NCBI GenBank assembly: GCA_014905635.1
Contig: JABVCE010000017.1
Location: forward strand, 62,001 to 126,000
Length of the DNA: 64,000 bases
Reading direction: 5' to 3'
Origin: Scenedesmus sp. PABB004
Lineage: Eukaryota
A program made the position numbers and the translations under genes. Below, one piece after another: positions 34,929-46,332 of the stretch (its first letter is position 1; every line of letters begins with the position of its first letter). The notes beneath the pieces are model-generated. The model worked only from the letters and a program-made list of their open reading frames with translations, ran no database searches and was not told where the DNA came from.

Positions 34929-37900
34929 CGCGGCGGGGGCGGCGGCGGACTGCTGCTGTCTGCTTGCCCGTGCTGGTTGCTGAGGGGTGAGGCCAGCGGC
35001 TGGAGAGAGCAGCCGCGCCGCAGTCGAAGCCGCGACGACCCGCGCACGCGCCCGCGAAAGCTGGTCACAAGCAGGCAGGTACAAGCAGCGCCGCAGTGCA
35101 GGCCTGGTGTCAGAGGTGCCCCCCCCCCCTCCCCCTCCCGCCGTCCCACGCGGCCGGCCCGGCGCAGCGCCGCCACCGGGCTGCGGCGCCTGCGAACTGG
35201 GCCCCTACGCCTGGCCGCCTCGCTGCCGCCGCCGTCGCCGCCGGCCTCGCGGGCCTCGCGGGCCTCGAGTGCCTCGCGGAGCATCTTGTTGTTCTTGCGC
35301 CGCCTAGCGCGCTTCTGGGTGCGCTTTGGGTCGGCGCGGCGGCGCTTCTGCGACTTGCTGAGGCTGGGCGGCGGCGCGGCGGGCCCGCGCTCCGGCGCGG
35401 CGGGCGCGGGCTTGACCTGGGGCTCGGCCGTGGGCTCGTCACTGCCGTGCTCCGGCGGCGCGCCTGCGCGCGGCGCGCGTGCGGGTGTGCAGGGGTGCGG
35501 CGGTGAGAGCGCGGAGACCGCCGCGCCGCCCGCACCGGGCGCGCCGCCGCCCGCCCTTCCGCCGCGCCGCCGGCCGCTGTCGTCGCGCGTCGCACCCGCG
35601 GCCGCGAGCCGCGCCTCCATGCGCCCGCTTCGGCGAGCAGGGCGGCGGCGTGCGCACGGAGCGCGTGCGCGGCGAGCAGGGCGGTGGCGCGCGTGGCCTC
35701 CAGCCGCGCCACCTCAGCGCCCCAGCCCAGCGGAGCGGTCGAGCGCGCCGCCGGCTGGGGCGCCGCGTGGTGGCGCGTGGCGAGGCCGCCGCCCTGCCGG
35801 GCGCCGCCGGTGGCCTGCGGCGGTGGGTCGGGCGCGCCCGGGCGGCCGTCCAGCAAGCCGCGACGCGCGCGCGCAGCGGGCGGCGCCGTGGCGCGCGCCG
35901 CGGCGCCGACCGCGACGGCGGCCCGCCCGGGGCTGTCCTGCTGCGGGCGCGCACGCCAGATCGCGCCACGGCCGCGCACCTGGGCGCCCAGGCCCCGGCC
36001 CAGCGGAGCGCTCGCGCGCGGCGCGGCCATCTCCTCGCCGCTGTGGCCGCTCGCTCGCTCCACCGCCCGCGCGACGCGCTGGTCAGGTGCCGGGCGGGTG
36101 TAGGAGGTGACGGCGACTCGAGGAGCGAGGCGCGCTGGCCCCTGCGTGAGCGGGGCGGCGGCGGCGTGCCGGGGGCTGCTGCTGCGCGCGCCGCTTTGTG
36201 CAGCGCCCGGCCGGCGGGCTGCTTGCTGCGTCGTGACAAAGTCGGGCACGTTTCAGAGCGCTGGCGCCATCGGGCTGGAGGCCGGCACGGCGCGCGGGCG
36301 GCGGCAGCATATTAAACCGCCGCCGCGCAAGGGTACTCGGCGCGGCCCCCAGCGCTGCTGCTGCTTGCGCGCGCAGTACGTGTTGAGCACCGACCCCCGA
36401 CGATGGTCGACGAGCTACTGCGCGCTCAAGCAGCAGCACCCCCCAGGTCATCGCTGCTTGCCGTCGCAGCGGGCGCCAGCTCCTCAGCACGCTCCGCGCG
36501 CTGCAGCAGGCGCGCACGCGCGCCGCTCAGCTGGCCGCGCACGCCGCGTGGCACCAGCGCCGCCATGTCCTCTGCCCTCTGCCTCGAGGATCCTCGAGCA
36601 GCACGACGAGCCAGGAGGACAGGGAGTGGGCACGGCGCCGCCGGGCGCCGGCGTGGGGGCGGCGAGCCCAGCCGCGCCGCGCCCGCAGCGCGGCCCGCGC
36701 GCCGAGGCTCGACCGTGGGCGGATCGGCGGGCAGGGCCTCGACGGTTCGAGGCACGGATCACGCCGATCTGCCCGCGGCCGAGGGTCGACCAGCGCCGAC
36801 CGCGCCGGCCCCTGTGCTGCCGCGGGCGGCGCGGGCGGGGCGGCGCGCCGGTGAGGCGTCCGCGGCGGGCGCACGTCGCGCGGCGCGCGCCCAGGCGGCG
36901 GCGGGGGCGGGCACGCGCGCGCGCACGCACCCGGTGACGGCGGGCCGTGGCCGTGGTCGTGCGGCGCGTGTGTGGGTGGTGGGCACGACGAGCTCGCCGC
37001 CCGCGGTCAGCACAGCCGTGAGGCAAGAGCCTGACAACCAGCTGACCGCGAGCGGCGAGTCCCTCGGCTTGGGCACCCACGCGGCAGCAGGAGCCGGTGC
37101 AGCCGAGGCAGGCCCGCCGACACCCCCGCGCAGGCCAGCTGCTCGAGCGAAGCTCCCGCACATGGCGTCGCCATCGCTGCAGCAGCTGGCCTGCGCGCGG
37201 GGGGCCGGCGCCGACCAGGCGGCCCTCCGCCGCCGCGGCGCTGTCCAGCGCGTCAACGCGGGAGGTGCATGTCGACGTGCCTGAACAGCGTCGCGGCGGC
37301 GGCGGGGCCGGCGGTGACCAGGCAGCCCGGCAGGCACGCGGCTCTCCCCGCCTGCGTCCGCGCGGCGCGGCGCGGCGTGCACGAGGCCCTGCCCTGCGGC
37401 GGCGCGCGGGGCTGCGCCGGCCGCGCGCCTCACCCGCGGCAGCGCGCAGCCTGTCCGCGCGCGCCGCCGGCCGGCCGCGCTCCGCCGCCGGCCGCGTGCG
37501 CGTGCAGCGCCGTGCGTCGTGCCCGCGCCCGCGCCTAATCGTGCGGCAGCTCGCTCAGCTGGTTGCGCGCGACCAGAGCCGAATCGCCCACTTCCAGCTG
37601 AGCGAGCTGCTGCGCGCCCTGTTCTGCTCCCCAGCCACCGCCGAGCATGGCGCCGCCGGATGGGATGACCAGCCCCCACTCAGTCGCGCTGGCTGTTCAT
37701 CTTGTCCGGCGGCACCATGGATGGGGCGGCGCCGGCCGGCCGTCCCAGTCTGCCGGCGCACGCTGACCAGCGGCGCCGCGCTGCTCGATCCAGGGCCGCC
37801 GCGCCGCCACCGGCACAGCCTCGTCCCAGCTGCCCGGCGCCTGAAAGGCGGCGGTCAGCTCAAGGGACAACCGGCGACGTTCCAGGCGCCGGGCAGCCAT

Positions 37901-39153
37901 GGGACGAGGCTGGGGCGAGGGCGCCTGATCAGAGTGAGACCCGCCCCTGAGCGCAGCCCGCCCGCCCGCCCGCCCCGTGCGCGCCGCCCGCGCCGCGCAG
38001 CGCCGCGCGCCGCGCCGCGCCCCCCGCCCCGTGCCTCACCGTTCACCGCGGCGCGTCGTCCCCGCTGCCTGGAAGTCCGGTCCGAACAAGTCGAGCGCCC
38101 TCTCAACCGTCACCATCAGGACGGCGCTGAACTCCCTCGGACCGCGACTTCCAGGGCAGCAGGGGACGACGCGCAGGCGGCGGCGGCGGCGCACGCGGCG
38201 CTGTGCGCCGGCGCCGGCACGAGTCACTGGCCGTGCATGGTCGTTTGTGGGCGAGCCCGCCGGGCAGAGACCTGCGCCGGCGACGGCGCACAGCGCACAG
38301 CGCCGCGCCCGCGCGCCGCCGCCGGCGCGCCGCCGCCCGTACGCGCCGCGCCGCGTCGCGCCACGCCGCGCCCGCACCCGCGCCGCACACCAGGACCGGT
38401 GGCGCCCCGGACGGGATCAGCGTGCGCCGGCGCACGCGCGACTCACCGTCGCTGCAGGAGTGCGTCGATGAGCGCGGGGGCCGGGGTCGCTCCTGAACGC
38501 ACTCACGCAGGGACGGCGAGTCGCGCAGGCGCCGCAGCGCCGCGCCCGTGCGCCGCCAGCGCGCGCTCGCGCACCGCCCGTGGGGCCCGTGAGCAGGAGC
38601 TGCCGGTACGATCAGCGGTGCCGGCTGATCCTGCTGACGGGCCCCGCGCGGCGCATGCGTGCGGCTGCCGCAGCTGCAGCTGGCGGACCGCGCGGCGCGC
38701 GCGCGAGAGTTCAGCGTGTTCCTGACGGTGGCGCCCTGGTCGTCGCAGCCAAGAACACGCTGAATGCTCTCGGACCGCGACTTCCAGGGCAGCGGGACGG
38801 CGAAGACGCGGCGGCGGCGCTTGGGCGCGGGCGCTGTGCGCCGGCGCCGGCGCGAGTCGCTGGCCGTGCATGCTCGGCCCCTTGGGAGACGCCGGCCAGT
38901 GACCTGCGCCGGCGCCGGCGCGCGCCCAGCCAAATGCAGCGGCGCGCGCAGCAGCGGCGGCCGCGCGCCGCGCGGCGCGCGGCCGCCGCGGTGGCCCGTG
39001 CGGACGCAGCGCATCCGCGGAGCGCGCGCTGCCGCCCCCGCTGCGGCGGCCCGAGCGCCACGCGCGCGCCGCCGCCGCGCGCCGCGCTGTCGGCGAGGTC
39101 ATCGCCTTGGCCTGCGCGAGGCTGCGAGGGCGCCAGACCAGAGTTACGCCAGT

Positions 39154-39539
39154 GGACGCTGGGGCTGCAGCGGGCCGCAGACGGGCGCGGGGGATCGCCT
39201 GGGCGAGGGCAGCAGCTGCCTGGCCTTGATGCCGGGCCTGTGCGGCGCGGTGCTGCTCGGTCGATGCCCAGGGCGCGGTCAGGGCGTGCTGAGTCGCGTG
39301 CGGAGCGTGTTTTGCGGGCCGGGAGCATCGCGGGCCGCGCCTGCGCGACAGCAGCAGCAAAACCGCTTCTGACAGGCGCCTGCTCGCTGCCCCGCGAGCC
39401 ACGCCCCCCAGGCGCCGCAATCCGCCGTCCAGCCGGTCACGTGGCACGCTCTGGGCAGCGCCCGGGGCCCCCGCGGCAAGCGGCGAGCAGCAAACGGCAG
39501 CACTCGCGGCACCAGCAGCGCCATGCGGCCCGGCTGAGC
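39154..39539 (+). repeat. Direct repeat copy 2
   Basis: Same orientation as 34558-34928. Ends just before the ATG of the GT32 gene. Confidence 0.9.
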
Positions 39540-39567
39540 GAGACCGGAGCCGCAGGACGGTCTGACA

Positions 39568-40186
39568 TGCAGCGCCGGGCGCGCGGGCGGACAGGTGCGC
39601 CGCGCCGGCGGGGGCCGGCGCCGCCGCGCCGCCGCCGCCGCCGCCGCTCCGCGGCACCGGCCGCCGCTCCGCCCCCGACGCAGCGCGCGCCTCCGCTCCC
39701 CTCCCCGCGCCCAGACGCGGTTGGCGGCGGCTGCGCCGCGCCGCAGCGCCGGCGGCGGCGGCACGCGGCCTCGGCGGCGGCGCCCCGCGCGGCGTGGCTG
39801 GCCTGCCTGCTGCTCGCGCAGCAGGGCCTGGCGGCCGCGGTGGCCGGCGGCGCGCCGGGCGCCGGCGCCGGCTGGCAGCAGCTGCGCGCGCTCGCTGAGC
39901 CGGCGGAGCCGATGGCCGGCGGGGCGCTGGCGGCGGCGGCGCCGCCGCCCCCGCAGCCGGCTGCGGTCGGCGGCGGCGCCCCGGAGCAGCCGGCGCAGCA
40001 GCTGCAGCAGCAGGACCAGCACCTGGCGGGCTGGCAAGTGCTGCGGGACGCGACGCGGGAGCGGCGGCGCCAGTTCCAGGCCGAGCGGGCGCTCGCGTGG
40101 GCTGCGCAGCAGCAGCACGCGGCGGCGCTGCAGCAGCAGCACGAGCAGCTGCAGCAGCAGCAGGCGGCGCAGCAGCAGGCGTCGGC

Positions 40187-40221
<35 letters not shown>

Positions 40222-43200
40222 GGCCGGCGCCGGCGGGCGGCGCAGCCGGCGGCGACCTCGCCACCGCCGTGGCAGCCGCAGCACAGTTTGCTGCCGCCCC
40301 GGCGGAGGAGCAGCGGGCCGGCGGCGCGGCGGCCGCCGCGGCACGGGTCCCAGCGGCCGCCAACGAGGCGCTGGCTGTGGGGGCGCCGGCAGCGGACGGA
40401 GCAGCAGCAGCAGGAGCAGCAGGAGCAGGAGTCGCAGTCGCAGGCGAAGCAGGGGCAGACCCATCATCAGGGGCGGCAGCTGGGGTAGCAGCAGCAGCGG
40501 CGGGGCCAGCAGCAGCGGCAGCAAGAGCAGGAGCAGAACAGGCAGAGGCAGCAGAGGCAGCGGATGCATCGTATGATGCCTACGCAGACAACCCCCGCCG
40601 CGAGGTGGCGCAGCTGCCGCAGCAGCCCGACGGCGCCGCGGCGGCTGCGGGGGAGCCGCAGCAGCACCAGCAGCAGCACCAGCAGCAGCTGGAGCAGCAG
40701 CTGCCGGCCCTGACCGCCGAGCTCGCCGCGGACGTGGCGGCTGCCGGCACCGCGGCGGCAGAGCCCGCCGCCGCCGACGCTGCGGCAGGGGCGACCGGCA
40801 GCGCCGCAGCAGCCGCGGCCGGCGGCGGCGGCGCGGCGGCGGCGGAGGGCGTTGCGCCGGGCGGCAGCGCGCCCGCGGCCGGCAGCGTGGCGGCCGGCGG
40901 CGGCGTGGCGGCCGTGGGGCCACCTGCCGCGTGGCAGCCGCGCGTGCTGGACGCGCCCGTTCCCAAGTGGCCGCGCCGTGAGCGGCCGCGCCGCGGCGAG
41001 CGCGTCGCGCTCGCGCGCGCACGGCCCGCCGTTTCACCCCCCCCCCCCCCACACACACACACACACCATGCACGCGGACACACACGCCCCCCGCGCCCCC
41101 GCCGCCGCCGCTGCCACCACCCCCGTGTCCGCCGCAGTTTACTCCACGATGGCGCCGCCCGCGCCAACGCTGCCGCGCGAGGACCGCGCCGCGGCGGCGT
41201 CCGCGCTCATCGCGGCGGCCGCGGCCGCACGCAGCCCGCAGGGCATCAGCAGCGCCGGCATCCCGGGCTTGAGCCTCGAGGACAAGCTGCTGCTCGCGCG
41301 CCTGCTCGGCCACGTGAGCGACGCGCAGGGTTGAAGGGCTGTCGGTTGAGGGCCTAAACCCCGCACCGCCGCCGCGGCGTCTCCGCCTCCCCCCCCCCCC
41401 AAACACACACACACGCCCGCGCCCGGCGTCGGCGCCTTACCCCGCCGCCGCACTGCCCTGCCCTGCCCCGCCCCGCCCGTCTCTCTGGCTCTCTCCCTCC
41501 TCTCCGCCCCGCAGGAGATTCGCGGCGCCTTTGACGAGGCGGGGCGGCTCGACCCCGCCAGCCAGGCCTACTGGGACAGGCTGGAGGCCCAGCTCGAGCA
41601 GCACACGCCCGTCAAGCACGTGAGGCCTGAGAACGCCCGCACGCGCCGCACCGCTGCTGCCGCCGCCGTCGGCGCCGCCGCACCGCCGCCGCGCGCTGCG
41701 CCGCGCTGCTGGCGCCGAGCGCGCGGCGGCGCGCCCGGCGCTGCCCCCGCGCGCTGCCCTCAACCTCGCTGCCCCGCCCCCGACTGCCCTAAACCCAACC
41801 CACCCTCAACCCAACCGACCCTAAACCCTACCCCCGCCCAGATGTTTGAGTCGATCTGGTACAAGTGCAGCAAGCTCAACGCCGACCTGCTCTCCCGCGC
41901 CGCGTCGCCGTACGACATGGAGGTTGAGGCGCTGCACCACATCCTCGCCTGGCTCGGTGAGCCCGGGGGGGGGGGGGGAGCGCGGCGGCGCGGCGGTGGC
42001 GGCGGGGCGGCGGCGGCGCGGGGCGACGGCGGTCGTGCTTGGGGGCTGCAGTGTTTGAGGTGTTGAGGCTGCCTTCGGGGCGAGGAGGGCTGCGGCCAGG
42101 CGGGCGCGCCGCGCCGCGGCCCGGCGGCGGCGGCGGCGGCGCCGACCGCGCGGCGCGCGCGCGCAGGCCTGCGGGAGAGCCAGCTGCCGCGCCCCGGCGA
42201 GGCGGCGAGCTTTGACGAGCTGCTGTCGCTCCTGGCCGGCATCAACGCGACGGCGCGCCTCGTGAGCGACCCGGTGCCCTTCCTCGCGACCACCACCGCA
42301 CCGCTCGACCGGTGCGCGGCGCGCGCACGCGGCTCGGCTCGGCTGGCCGCGCGGGGCGGCGCGGGGCTGGGCTGGCTGTGGGCGGCGCGGCGCACGGCTG
42401 GGCTGGCCCCGCGGCTGGGCTGGGCTGGGCTGGCCGCACCGCAACGCGCGCGCGCGCCGCGCCTGGGCTGGGCTGGCCTGGGCTGGCCCGCGCCGCGCGC
42501 CGCGCGCCGCGCGCCCCGCAGCGAGCCCGCGCGCCCGCCGCCGCCCATGCGCACACGCGCACACGCCCCCCCCCCTCCCCACCCCACCCACCCCACCCAC
42601 CCACCCACCCACACCCACACACACACACACGCAGCAACGGGCTGCCCCTGCTGATCCACATGACCTTCAAGGACAAGGGCGCCTTTGCGCGGCACCACCT
42701 GCTGAGCCTCGCCTCCTGGGCGCGGGAGAACCCCGACCACGCGATATTGATGTACGACGACGCAGACCTGGAGGCGTACCTGCGGTGAGGGACGGGGGCT
42801 TTGGGGGGGCAGGGTTTAGGGGTTATGATGTTGAGGGTTGAGGGGGCTGTTGAGGGTGGAGGGGCTGAGGGATCGGGGGTTGCGGGTGGCTCAGGGGTGT
42901 GAAGGTGGTCAGGCACGGCGCAGCGGGGCGGGCGGGGCCGCGGCCGCGAGGGAGGGCCGGCGGCGCGTGGTGGGGGCTGCTGCCGCGCGCGCTGCGCGCG
43001 GCCCTCCCTCTCCTTCGCCCCGCGCTGCCGCTGGCCCCCTCCCCCCCTCCCTCCCCCACCCACCCACACATCGCCCCGCCGCCGCGCAGCGCGCACGACC
43101 CGGGCGTGCTGCCGACGTACGCGCGGCTCAAGACGGCGGTGGAGCGCAGCGACCTCTGGCGCTACGTGGTCATGTGCCGCACCGGCGGCGTCTACACAGA

Positions 43201-44724
43201 CGCTGACACGCTCTGCGTGCGGCCCATACAGGCGCGCGGCGCGCGGCGCGCGGGGGGGGGGGGGGTGTGGCGACGCGGTCGCCGGCGCGCCGCGGCGCAG
43301 CCGCGGACGCCCTCCCACCAGCGCCCTCCCGCTCGTGCCGCGGGCTGCGCAAGACGCACCCTCGACCCCCCCCCCCCTTCCCCCTCCCTGTTGAACCCCG
43401 CTCCTAGACCAACTGAACCCCGCCCCCCTTTCAAACCCCCGCCCCCCCCCCCTCCCTAAACCCCGCCCCCAGGAGTGGAACGCCGAGAACCACAACGACG
43501 CGTCGGCGCTGTTTGGCGTGGAGGACGTCTTCCGCCGCGACCCCCGCCAGGCGGGCAGCAGCGGCTGGGGCGTGTCGGGCGGGCGCTTCGGCGTGCAGTT
43601 TGAGCAGTGGACGCTCGCGGGCGCGCCGGCGCACCCCGTGTACTGCGCGGGCCAGAGTTCATTAGGTGGGCGTGTGTGGGGGGGGGGGGGGGCGTGGTGG
43701 CGCGTGCGGGGAGCGCACGGCAGGGGCGCGCAGCAGGGGGCGCCGGGGCCGCAGGGGCCGCGGCCGCGCCGCGCCGGCCCGCACCCGCACGCCGCCCGCG
43801 CCGCACGCCGCCCGCGCCGCGCCCACCGCGCCGCCCACCGCGCGCCCACCGCGCCGGCCGCCGGCGCCCGCCGCGCCGCCGCGCAGCCGGCGCATGCGCG
43901 AGGAGGCGGGCGGCGCGCGCCGGGCGGGGGGCGTGAGGGGGAGAACTGGGGCATCCTCCACCGCACGGGGCCGCACGTGTGGACGGACAGCGTGCTCGCG
44001 TGGATGCACGGCCAGGGCATCGGCTTCCACGAGGCGCTCGTGCCAGGTGGCCGCGCGCGCGCCGGGGGGGGAGGCGCGGGGCGGGGGCAGGGGGGGGGGG
44101 GATCGCTCTCAGGGGGTAGGAGAGAGAGAGAGCCTCTCAGGGGGAAGGGGGTCAGCGGCGGGCGGACGGGGGGTGGAGGGCGAGCGGGTCAGGCCAGGCA
44201 GCCGCGTCGGGGGCGGGGGGCGTGCGGGCGCGCCGCCGTGCCGCTGACGCGCCGCGCCGCCGCCGCGCCGCCGCCGCCGCCGCCAAAACCCCGCTGCGCC
44301 ACCAGGCGGGCGCCTGGTCGCCAACAGCACGCGCATCCTGCCGGGCGAGACCTTTGGCTGCGCGCGCCACTTTTTCAGCCCCGCCGCGCGCCTGGAGGAG
44401 GTGTATGCGATGCACATGTTCAGGCGCGCGCGCGCCGCGGCGGCGGCGGCGCTCAGCGCGCGCGGGGCGCGGCGGCCGCCGCCGCCGTCGCTGCCAGGCC
44501 GGGCAGCGCAGCGCGGCGCAGCGCAGAGGGGTCGGCGGAGCTGCGCGCGCGCGCGTGTGTGCTCGCGCGCCGACCGCCGCCGCCGCCCCGCGCCGCGCCG
44601 CGCCGCGCGCGCGCGCGGCCCGCGCAGGGGCGTGTGGCGGAAGCGCCTCGACTCGGGCGGGCAGCCGCCCGAGGAGGCGGAGGAGGCCCGCCACATGCTC
44701 TCGGCAGCGCGCACGGGGTTTTGA
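39568..44724 (+). CDS. GT32 (OCH1-like, DXD sugar-binding) glycosyltransferase with long N-terminal extension
   Basis: LPLLIHMTFK, SWARENPDH....YDDAD...YL, VERSDLWRYVVMCRTGGVYTDADT.CVRPI.EW, FEQWTLA.AP.HPV, ILHRTGPHVWTD, MHMF.G.W. N-terminal hydrophobic AAWLACLLLA. Confidence 0.85.
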
Positions 44725-45157
44725 CCGGCGGCGGGGCGCGCGGCGCTGGCCGGGGCGCAGCGTTGGAAACGCGTGCGGCGCGTGGCCGGGCGAGACCGGC
44801 GCACACCGCCGCGCGCCGGGGCAGACCTCGGGATGGCGCCCCGCGCAGCCCGGTGCCCGCGCTCGGCCGCCGCGCGGGGCAGCCAGGCGGCGGCAGCGGC
44901 GGTTGCACGACTGCCGCCCCACGCGCCACGGCGCAGCCCCAGCCCGCGGCGCGCGTCATGACGCGGCCCGGTCGTCTGGGGGCAGAAGACCGCGCCGCGG
45001 GAGCGGCCAGGGGCCCGAGCCCGCGCGCGCCGCCGCCGGCGGCAGCGCCGCTCTGGCGCGGCCCCGCGCCCGCAGCGCACCAGCCGCCCCCAGCAGCGGC
45101 GCAGGCCGGCTCGGCGCAGTGGGGCCAAAACGGCGCGATTCGGGCAAAAAAGCAACT

Positions 45158-45239
45158 CGCACTGAGCAGGATTCGAACCTGCGCGGGCGAAGCCCACAAG
45201 ATTTCGAGTCTTGCCCGTTAACCACTCCGGCATCAGTGC
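45158..45239 (-). tRNA. tRNA-Ser(CGA), intronless, long variable arm
   Basis: GCACTGA TGCCGGAGTGGTTAACGGG CAAGA CT-CGA-AA TCTTG TGGGCTTCGCCCGC GCAGG TTCGAAT CCTGC TCAGTGC G. All stems pair, and a T6 Pol III terminator lies at ~45146-45151. Confidence 0.96.
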
Positions 45240-45354
45240 CCGAGCAAACGGCGACATTTGGTGGCCAGCACTACATATATGAACTAAGAAAATCAAATAT
45301 GGCGAATAATATATTTAATAAAGATAATATATATTAAATATGATAAATATCATT

Positions 45355-46332
45355 CAACATGCGATCCCGCTTGCGGGCTGCTCGGCTGGTCGCACTTGCG
45401 TGTGGCGCGTGGTGTGCCTGGCCGCGCTCGCGGCCATGGACACCGGCCGGCGCGCCGCCAACCTCGCGGCCCTCCAGGCCAAGAGGGAGGCGGACGCCCG
45501 GACGGCCGCGCATGCCCGGCGTGCTGAGCGCGCCGCGGCTGCGGGCCAGCGCCTCATCTCCAGCTTGCTGCCCGCTGCGCCTCCCCCCGAGGCGCAGCAG
45601 CAGCCACAAGCGGCGGTGGCCGAGCGCGAGCGCGCGCAGCGGCTGCAGCAGGCCCAGCAAGCGGCGTGGCGTCGTTCTGAGCCTGGCTGGCAGACTTTGT
45701 TGCGTGCCGCGCGGCCCCGCGACAGTGGTCTGCGCAGGTCCCTGCGCAGCACCCCTTCCTCTGCACCGTGCCGGACGACGCCGACCCACGGGCGGCGCCG
45801 CGCATCTGCTTGCAGGCCGGTGCATGAGGCTCTTTGTGTGTGTGCGGGCGTGTGTGTTTGGTGCTGCCCCGCTGACAATTATGTAGGCCGGTGTGTGTGG
45901 AGTCCCGGGGCACCGCCGGGATGGGCGTGCGTGCGACCGGGGTGGGGGGAGAAGGCGGCGTCGGTCGCGGGGGGCAGCGGCGGGGCGGGGGGCGCGCTGG
46001 GGTTGTTCCAAGTGCTGTTGTTGGTTACACGGCGGGGCCAAGTGCGTTGTTGTTGTTGGTTACACGGCGGGGCCCGGTACGCTCCGGGCGGTTGAGCATC
46101 CCACTTTGGAACGCCTGGCGGGCCTGACCAACTCCCTCCCCGCCACCGCACGTGTCAGTGTCCTCCAAGTGCGTGTTGGTGGTTACACGGCGGGGCCCGG
46201 TACGCTCCGGGCGGTTGAGCGTCCCACTTCGGAACGCCTGGCGGGCCTGACCAACTCTCTCCCCGCCACCGCACGTGTCAGTGTCCTCCTAGTGCGACCA
46301 ACAGAGCAGCCCGCAAACGGGATCGCATGCTG
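45355..46332. mobile_element. Putative non-autonomous TIR DNA transposon with subterminal tandem repeats
   Basis: Left end CATGCGATCCCGCTTGCGGGCTGCTCGGCTGGTCGCACT vs right end AGTGCGACCAACAGAGCAGCCCGCAAACGGGATCGCATG: 39-bp inverted repeat with 3 mismatches. Two ~127-bp tandem units at 46038-46290. No TSD seen. Confidence 0.6.
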
